Source of the DNA: the human T2T-CHM13v2.0 reference genome, Homo sapiens
Reading direction: 5' to 3' (one strand)
Assembly: GCF_009914755.1 (NCBI RefSeq)
Contig: NC_060939.1
DNA: 64,000 nucleotides
Positions 55,501-64,000 of this stretch are shown here, in pieces (within the stretch, counting starts at the first letter, position 1; the number at the start of each line of letters is the position of its first letter). The notes under the pieces were generated by a model. It was given only the letters and a program-made list of their open reading frames with translations. It did no database searches and was not told the DNA's origin. Position numbers and translations under genes: made by a program.

Positions 55501-57600
55501 CATTTGAGTCCATTCAATTCCATTCCTTTCGTTTCCATTCCATTTGATGCCATTCCATTCAATTCTGTTCTACTCGACTCCAATACATTCAATTCCATTC
55601 CATCCGATTCCATTACATTCTTTTCATTTCTTATCCATTTCAAGCCATTCCACTCCATTCCATTCCACTCGTTTCCTTTCCATTCGAGTCCATTCCTCTC
55701 CAGTCCATTCCGTTCAATCCATTCCATTCCAGTCCATTCCATTCGAGTCCGTTCCATTCCAGTCCAATCCATTCGAGTCAATTCCATCCCATTCGATGTC
55801 TTTCCATAACGATCCATTCCATTCTATTCCTTTCGATTCCATTCCATTCTATTTCATTCCATTCGATTCCCTTCCATTGGACTCCTTTCCATTCGAGTGC
55901 ATTCCATTCCGTTCCATTTCTTTCCGTTCTGTACGATTCCTACCGTTCGATTTCATTTTGTTCCAGTCCATTCCTTTCGCGTCCATTCCATTCCATTTCA
56001 CTCCATTCGATTCCATTCCACTCGATTCCACTTCGTTCCTTTTCATTGCATTCCATTCTATTCAACTCTATTGCCTTCCATTCCATTCCATTCGATTACA
56101 TTCCATGCGATTCCATTCGAAATCGAATCAATTACATTGCAATCCATTACTATTGAGTCCATTTTATTCCAGTCCACTGCATTCTGGTCCATTCCATTTG
56201 ATTCCATTCCATTCTATTCCATTCCATACAGTTGCATTCCATTGGATTCCATTCTATATCTATAAATTCAATTCGAGACCATTGCTTTTGAATCCATTCT
56301 ATATGATTCCATTCCATTCAAGTCCATTACATTTGGTTCAATTCCATTCCATTCCATTCCCTTCCATTCCATTCCAGTTGATATCAATCCATTCGATTCC
56401 ATTCCATTCGAGCACATTCCATTCGAGTCCATTCCATTCGATGCCATTCCATTTGATTCTATTCCATTAGTCTCCATTCAATTCCATTAATCTCCATTCC
56501 ATTCCACTCTACTCCAACTGATTCCATTCCATTCTATTCCTTTCCATTCCATTTCATTCCATTCCATTCCATTCCATTCCATTCCATTCGCTTCCATTCC
56601 ATTCGTGTCCATTCCACTCCAGTCCATTCCATTCGTGTCCATTCCATTCCAGTCCATTCCATTTGTGTCCACTGCATTCCATTCCACTCCATTCCATATT
56701 ATTCCATTACACTCCATTCCATTCTATTACTTTCATTTCCATTCAATTCCGTTCCATTTGATTCCATTCCACTCGGTTTCGTTCCATTTGAGTCCACTCC
56801 ATTCCATTCCATTCCATTCCATTCAGTTCCATTCCATTCTGTTCCATTCCATTCCGTTCCATTGCATTCCATTGCATTCGGTACCATTCCATATTGTTCC
56901 ATTCGATTCCATTCGAATCCATTCCATTCCAGTCCATTCCATTCGATTCCATTCCATTCCTTTCAATTCCATTCCATTCCATTCCATTCCACTTGATTCC
57001 ACTCCATTCCCTTCCACTGCATTCCATTCGATTCCATTCCATTGCATTGCATTCCATTCCATTGGACTGCATTCCATTCGATTCCATTCCATTCGAATCA
57101 ATTACATAGCAATCCATTACATTCGGGTCTATTCTATTCCGTTCCATTTGATTTCATTCCAATCCATTCGATTCCATTCCATACTATTGCATTCCATTCT
57201 ACTACATTATATTCCAATAAGTTCCATTCAAGACCATTTCTTTTGAGTCCATTCTATTTGAGTCCATTCTATTTGAATCCATTCCCTTTGATTCCATAAC
57301 ATTTGAGTCCATTCAATTCCATTCCTTTCGTTTCCATTCCATTTGATGCCATTCCATTCAATTCTGTTCTACTCGACTCCAATACATTCAATTCCATTCC
57401 ATCCGATTCCATTACATTCTTTTCATTTCTTATCCATTTCAAGCCATTCCACTCCATTCCATTCCACTCGTTTCCTTTCAATTCGAGTCCATTCCTCTCC
57501 AGTCCATTCCGTTCAATCCATTCCATTCCAGTCCATTCCATTCGAGTCCGTTCCATTCCAGTCCATTCCATTCGAGTCAATTCCATTCCATTCGATGTCT
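36000..57600. repeat. Tandem duplication of six monomers (10,794 bp x2), approximate ends
   Basis: Rare variants recur at exactly +10794: CAGTGC 36871/47665, TTTAGAG 37460/48254, GAATGC 39279/50073. The unit-length series 1789,1799,1804,1799,1804,1799 repeats. Confidence 0.85.
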
Positions 57601-60600
57601 TTCCATAACGATCCATTCCATTCTATTCCTTTCGATTCCATTCCATTCTATTTCATTCCATTCGATTCCCTTCCATTGGACTCCTTTCCATTCGAGTGCA
57701 TTCGATTCCGTTCCATTTCTTTCCGTTCTGTACGATTCCTACCGTTCGATTTCATTTTGTTCCAGTCCATTCCTTTCGCGTCCATTCCATTCCATTTCAC
57801 TCCATTCGATTCCATTCCACTCGATTCCACTTCGTTCCATTTCATTGCATTCCATTCTATTCAACTCTATTGCCTTCCATTCCATTCCATTCGATTACAT
57901 TCCATGCGATTCCATTCGAAATCGAATCAATTACATTGCAATCCATTACTATTGAGTCCGTTTTATTCCAGTCCACTGCATTCTGGTCCATTCCATTTGA
58001 TTCCATTCCATTTTATTCCATTCCATACAGTTGCATTCCATTGGATTCCATGCTATATCTATAAATTCAATTCGAGACCATTGCTTTTGAGTCCATTCTA
58101 TATGATTCCATTCCATTCAAGTCCATTACATTTGGTTCAATTCCATTCCATTCCATTCCCTTCCATTCCATTCCAGTTGATATCAATCCATTCGATTCCA
58201 TTCCATTCGAGCACATTCCATTCGAGTCCATTCCATTCGATGCCATTCCATTTGATTCTATTCCATTAGTCTCCATTCAATTCCATTAATCTCCATTCCA
58301 TTCCATTCTACTCCAACTGATTCCATTCCATTCTATTCCTTTCCATTCCATTTCATTCCATTCCATTCCATTTCATTCCATTCCATTCCATTCGCTTCCA
58401 TTCCATTCGTGTCCATTCCACTCCAGTCCATTCCATTCGTGTCCATTCCATTCCAGTCCATTCCATTTGTGTCCACTGCATTCCATTCCACTCCATTCCA
58501 TATTATTCCATTACACTCCATTCCATTCTATTACTTTCATTTCCATTCAATTCCATTCCATTTGATTCCATTCCACTCGGTTTCATTCCATTTGAGTCCA
58601 CTCCATTCCATTCCATTCCATTCCATTCAGTTCCATTCCATTCTGTTCCATTCCATTCCGTTCCATTGCATTCCATTCCATTCGGTACCATTCCATATTG
58701 TTCCATTCGATTCCATTCGAATCCATTCCATTCCAGTCCATTCCATTCGATTCCATTCCATTCCTTTCAATTCCATTCCATTCCATTCCATTCCACTTGA
58801 TTCCACTCCATTCCCTTCCACTGCATTCCATTCGATTCCATTCCATTGCATTGCATTCCATTCCATTGGACTGCATTCCATTCGATTCCATTCCATTCGA
58901 ATCAATTACATAGCAATCCATTACATTCGAGTCTATTCTATTCCGTTCCATTCGATTTCGTTCCAATCCATTCGATTCCATTCCATTCGATTCCATTCCA
59001 TACTATTGCATTCCATTCGATTACATTATATTCGAATAAGTTCCATTCAAGACCATTTCTTTTGAGTCCATTCTATTTGAGTCCATTCCCTTTGATTCCA
59101 TAACATTTGAGTCCATTCAATTCCATTCCTTTCGTTTCCATTCCATTTGATGCCATTCCATTCAATTCTGTTCTACTCGACTCCAATACATTCAATTCCA
59201 TTCCATCCGATTCCATTACATTCTTTTCATTTCTTATCCATTTCAAGCCATTCCACTCCATTCCATTCCACTCGTTTCCTTTCCATTCGAGTCCATTCCT
59301 CTCCAGTCCATTCCGTTCAATCCATTCCATTCCAGTCCATTCCATTCGAGTCCGTTCCATTCCAGTCCAATCCATTCGAGTCAATTCCATCCCATTCGAT
59401 GTCTTTCCATAACGATCCATTCCATTCTATTCCTTTCGATTCCATTCCATTCTATTTCATTCCATTCGATTCCCTTCCATTGGACTCCTTTCCATTCGAG
59501 TGCATTCCATTCCGTTCCATTTCTTTCCGTTCTGTACGATTCCTACCGTTCGATTTCATTTTGTTCCAGTCCATTCCTTTCGCGTCCATTCCATTCCATT
59601 TCACTCCATTCGATTCCATTCCACTCGATTCCACTTCGTTCCTTTTCATTGCATTCCATTCTATTCAACTCTATTGCCTTCCATTCCATTCCATTCGATT
59701 ACATTCCATGCGATTCCATTCGAAATCGAATCAATTACATTGCAATCCATTACTATTGAGTCCATTTTATTCCAGTCCACTGCATTCTGGTCCATTCCAT
59801 TTGATTCCATTCCATTCTATTCCATTCCATACAGTTGCATTCCATTGGATTCCATTCTATATCTATAAATTCAATTCGAGACCATTGCTTTTGAATCCAT
59901 TCTATATGATTCCATTCCATTCAAGTCCATTACATTTGGTTCAATTCCATTCCATTCCATTCCCTTCCATTCCATTCCAGTTGATATCAATCCATTCGAT
60001 TCCATTCCATTCGAGCACATTCCATTCGAGTCCATTCCATTCGATGCCATTCCATTTGATTCTATTCCATTAGTCTCCATTCAATTCCATTAATCTCCAT
60101 TCCATTCCACTCTACTCCAACTGATTCCATTCCATTCTATTCCTTTCCATTCCATTTCATTCCATTCCATTCCATTCCATTCCATTCCATTCGCTTCCAT
60201 TCCATTCGTGTCCATTCCACTCCAGTCCATTCCATTCGTGTCCATTCCATTCCAGTCCATTCCATTTGTGTCCACTGCATTCCATTCCACTCCATTCCAT
60301 ATTATTCCATTACACTCCATTCCATTCTATTACTTTCATTTCCATTCAATTCCGTTCCATTTGATTCCATTCCACTCGGTTTCGTTCCATTTGAGTCCAC
60401 TCCATTCCATTCCATTCCATTCCATTCAGTTCCATTCCATTCTGTTCCATTCCATTCCGTTCCATTGCATTCCATTGCATTCGGTACCATTCCATATTGT
60501 TCCATTCGATTCCATTCGAATCCATTCCATTCCAGTCCATTCCATTCGATTCCATTCCATTCCTTTCAATTCCATTCCATTCCATTCCATTCCACTTGAT

Positions 60601-62734
60601 TCCACTCCATTCCCTTCCACTGCATTCCATTCGATTCCATTCCATTGCATTGCATTCCATTCCATTGGACTGCATTCCATTCGATTCCATTCCATTCGAA
60701 TCAATTACATAGCAATCCATTACATTCGGGTCTATTCTATTCCGTTCCATTTGATTTCATTCCAATCCATTCGATTCCATTCCATACTATTGCATTCCAT
60801 TCTACTACATTATATTCCAATAAGTTCCATTCAAGACCATTTCTTTTGAGTCCATTCTATTTGAGTCCATTCTATTTGAATCCATTCCCTTTGATTCCAT
60901 AACATTTGAGTCCATTCAATTCCATTCCTTTCGTTTCCATTCCATTTGATGCCATTCCATTCAATTCTGTTCTACTCGACTCCAATACATTCAATTCCAT
61001 TCCATCCGATTCCATTACATTCTTTTCATTTCTTATCCATTTCAAGCCATTCCACTCCATTCCATTCCACTCGTTTCCTTTCAATTCGAGTCCATTCCTC
61101 TCCAGTCCATTCCGTTCAATCCATTCCATTCCAGTCCATTCCATTCGAGTCCGTTCCATTCCAGTCCATTCCATTCGAGTCAATTCCATTCCATTCGATG
61201 TCTTTCCATAACGATCCATTCCATTCTATTCCTTTCGATTCCATTCCATTCTATTTCATTCCATTCGATTCCCTTCCATTGGACTCCTTTCCATTCGAGT
61301 GCATTCCATTCCGTTCCATTTCTTTCCGTTCTGTACGATTCCTACCGTTCGATTTCATTTTGTTCCAGTCCATTCCTTTCGCGTCCATTCCATTCCATTT
61401 CACTCCATTCGATTCCATTCCACTCGATTCCACTTCGTTCCATTTCATTGCATTCCATTCTATTCAACTCTATTGCCTTCCATTCCATTCCATTCGATTA
61501 CATTCCATGCGATTCCATTCGAAATCGAATCAATTACATTGCAATCCATTACTATTGAGTCCGTTTTATTCCAGTCCACTGCATTCTGGTCCATTCCATT
61601 TGATTCCATTCCATTTTATTCCATTCCATACAGTTGCATTCCATTGGATTCCATGCTATATCTATAAATTCAATTCGAGACCATTGCTTTTGAGTCCATT
61701 CTATATGATTCCATTCCATTCAAGTCCATTACATTTGGTTCAATTCCATTCCATTCCATTCCCTTCCATTCCATTCCAGTTGATATCAATCCATTCGATT
61801 CCATTCCATTCGAGCACATTCCATTCGAGTCCATTCCATTCGATGCCATTCCATTTGATTCTATTCCATTAGTCTCCATTCAATTCCATTAATCTCCATT
61901 CCATTCCATTCTACTCCAACTGATTCCATTCCATTCTATTCCTTTCCATTCCATTTCATTCCATTCCATTCCATTTCATTCCATTCCATTCCATTCGTGT
62001 CCATTCCACTCCAGTCCATTCCATTCGTGTCCATTCCATTCCAGTCCATTCCATTTGTGTCCACTGCATTCCATTCCACTCCATTCCATATTATTCCATT
62101 ATACTCCATTCCATTCTATTACTTTCATTTCCATTCAATTCCATTCCATTTGATTCCATTCCACTCGGTTTCATTCCATTTGAGTCCACTCCATTCCATT
62201 CCATTCCATTCCATTCAGTTCCATTCCATTCTGTTCCATTCCATTCCGTTCCATTGCATTCCATTCCATTCGGTACCATTCCATATTGTTCCATTCGATT
62301 CCATTCGAATCCATTCCATTCCAGTCCATTCCATTCGATTCCATTCCATTCCTTTCAATTCCATTCCATTCCATTCCATTCCACTTGATTCCACTCCATT
62401 CCCTTCCACTGCATTCCATTCGATTCCATTCCATTGCATTGCATTCCATTCCATTGGACTGCATTCCATTCGATTCCATTCCATTCGAATCAATTACATA
62501 GCAATCCATTACATTCGAGTCTATTCTATTCCGTTCCATTCGATTTCGTTCCAATCCATTCGATTCCATTCCATTCGATTCCATTCCATACTATTGCATT
62601 CCATTCGATTACATTATATTCGAATAAGTTCCATTCAAGACCATTTCTTTTGAGTCCATTCTATTTGAGTCCATTCCCTTTGATTCCATAACATTTGAGT
62701 CCATTCAATTCCATTCCTTTCGTTTCCATTCCAT
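37544..62734. repeat. Highly homogeneous 3603-bp (1799+1804) dimeric higher-order repeat
   Basis: A units (CCAATCC..CCATCCC, CGGGTCT, 15-bp duplication TGAGTCCATTCTATT) alternate with B units (GTGCATTCGATT, CCATGCTATA, CCATTTTATTCCATT). Offsets of 3603 occur at 39343/42946, 41147/44750, 50137/53740/57343 and 51941/55544/59147. The pattern is interrupted by one 1789-bp P-type unit at 46549. Confidence 0.9.
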
Positions 62735-64000
62735 TTGATGCCATTCCATTCAATTCTGTTCTACTCGACTCCAATACATTCAATTCCATTCCATCCGATT
62801 CCATTACATTCTTTTCATTTCTTATCCATTTCAAGCCATTCCACTCCATTCCATTCCACTCGTTTCCTTTCCATTCGAGTCCATTCCTCTCCAGTCCATT
62901 CCGTTCAATCCATTCCATTCCAGTCCATTCCATTCGAGTCCGTTCCATTCCAGTCCAATCCATTCGAGTCAATTCCATCCCATTCGATGTCTTTCCATAA
63001 CGATCCATTCCATTCTATTCCTTTCGATTCCATTCCATTCTATTTCATTCCATTCGATTCCCTTCCATTGGACTCCTTTCCATTCGAGTGCATTCCATTC
63101 CGTTCCATTTCTTTCCGTTCTGTACGATTCCTACCGTTCGATTTCATTTTGTTCCAGTCCATTCCTTTCGCGTCCATTCCATTCCATTTCACTCCATTCG
63201 ATTCCATTCCACTCGATTCCACTTCGTTCCTTTTCATTGCATTCCATTCTATTCAACTCTATTGCCTTCCATTCCATTCCATTCGATTACATTCCATGTG
63301 ATTCCATTCGAAATCGAATCAATTACATTGCAATCCATTACTATTGAGTCCATTTTATTCCAGTCCACTGCATTCTGGTCCATTCCATTTGATTCCATTC
63401 CATTCTATTCCATTCCATACAGTTGCATTCCATTGGATTCCATTCTATATCTATAAATTCAATTCGAGACCATTGCTTTTGAATCCATTCTATATGATTC
63501 CATTCCATTCAAGTCCATTACATTTGGTTCAATTCCATTCCATTCCATTCCCTTCCATTCCATTCCAGTTGATATCAATCCATTCGATTCCACTCCATTC
63601 GAGCACATTCCATTCGAGTCCATTCCATTCGATGCCATTCCATTTGATTCTATTCCATTAGTCTCCATTCAATTCCATTAATCTCCATTCCATTCCACTC
63701 TACTCCAACTGATTCCATTCCATTGTATTCCTTTCCATTCCATTTCATTCCATTCCATTCCATTCCATTCCATTCCATTCGCTTCCATTCCATTCGTGTC
63801 CATTCCACTCCAGTCCATTCCATTCGTGTCCATTCCATTCCAGTCCATTCCATTTGTGTCCACTGCATTCCATTCCACTCCATTCCATATTATTCCATTC
63901 CACTCCATTCCATTCTATTACTTTCATTTCCATTCAATTCCATTCCATTTGATTCCATTCCACTCGGTTTCATTCCATTTGAGTCCACTCCATTCCATTC

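Larger units (their letters stand above)
1..64000. repeat. Human Satellite 3 (HSat3)-type (CATTC)n satellite array, CATTC on + strand throughout
   Basis: Every line is built from CCATT pentamers and single-base variants (CGATT, CGAGT, CCAGT, TGATT, CAATT, GCATT). The + strand is strongly C/T-rich and G-poor. No strand switch and no non-satellite insertion was seen. The CATTCGATTC/CATCAT-dominated 23-26 bp organisation typical of HSat2 is not the dominant pattern. Confidence 0.97.
1..64000. repeat. D15Z1: ~1.8 kb tandem unit, ~35.6 copies; probable D15Z1 (1.8-kb KpnI HSat3 repeat of chr15p)
   Basis: A homologous landmark (start of the recurring 308-aa pseudo-ORF) falls at 1620, 3424, 5243, 7027, 8831, 10635, 12423, 14212, 16011, 17780, 19589, 21363, 23172, 24981, 26780, 28569, 30368, 32167, 33956, 35755, 37544, 39343, 41147, 42946, 44750, 46549, 48338, 50137, 51941, 53740, 55544, 57343, 59147, 60946, 62735 (spacings 1769-1819). 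There is one GGTACC per unit (1172, 2961, 4780, 6579, 8363, 11960...). The period is certain. The D15Z1 name rests on recalled knowledge of a 1.8-kb KpnI SatIII repeat on chr15. Confidence 0.8.

Noticed and set aside
42946-62734. Possible 14,397-bp (eight-unit) period
   Set aside because: Lengths match, but the 1789-bp units at 46549 and 60946 have different deletions and share none of the diagnostic rare variants.
1-64000. CRISPR-like array or other prokaryotic system
   Set aside because: There is no constant repeat with unique spacers and no cas or other genes. The sequence between landmarks is itself repeated.
1-64000. Assignment to DYZ1 (Yq12), chr9 HSat3 or HSat2 (chr1/16)
   Set aside because: The basic period is 1.8 kb with near-identical neighbours and a single KpnI site, whereas DYZ1 is a ~3.6-kb unit. 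HSat2 shows a different, more diverged 23-26 bp pattern. Related arrays on other acrocentrics cannot be fully excluded without alignment.
1-64000. Inversion breakpoint or Alu/L1 insertion within the array
   Set aside because: Looked for but not seen. CATTC stays on the + strand and every landmark spacing is within 1769-1819 bp, leaving no room for an insertion.

Overview
The whole 64 kb window is one uninterrupted, single-orientation array of a (CATTC/GAATG)n-derived satellite, i.e. Human Satellite 3 (HSat3)-type heterochromatin. It is organised into about 35.6 tandem copies of a ~1.8 kb unit (1769-1819 bp). Nearly every unit carries one KpnI site (GGTACC), which fits the classical 1.8-kb KpnI repeat D15Z1 of the human chromosome 15 short arm; this assignment is inferred from period and KpnI site, not from a database search. 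There are no credible genes, RNA genes, transposons or CRISPR arrays. All ORFs in the track are artefacts of a stop-free pentamer (HSIPF/MEWNG repeats). I did not find a novel biological system. What the window does show is a readable, nested repeat history: 5-bp pentamer, 15/30-bp sub-periods, an old ~0.95-kb internal duplication inside the monomer, the 1.8-kb monomer with a fixed 5n-1 length, several local 3.6-kb dimer higher-order repeats, and a 10,794-bp six-unit duplication. Homogeneity increases from left to right.
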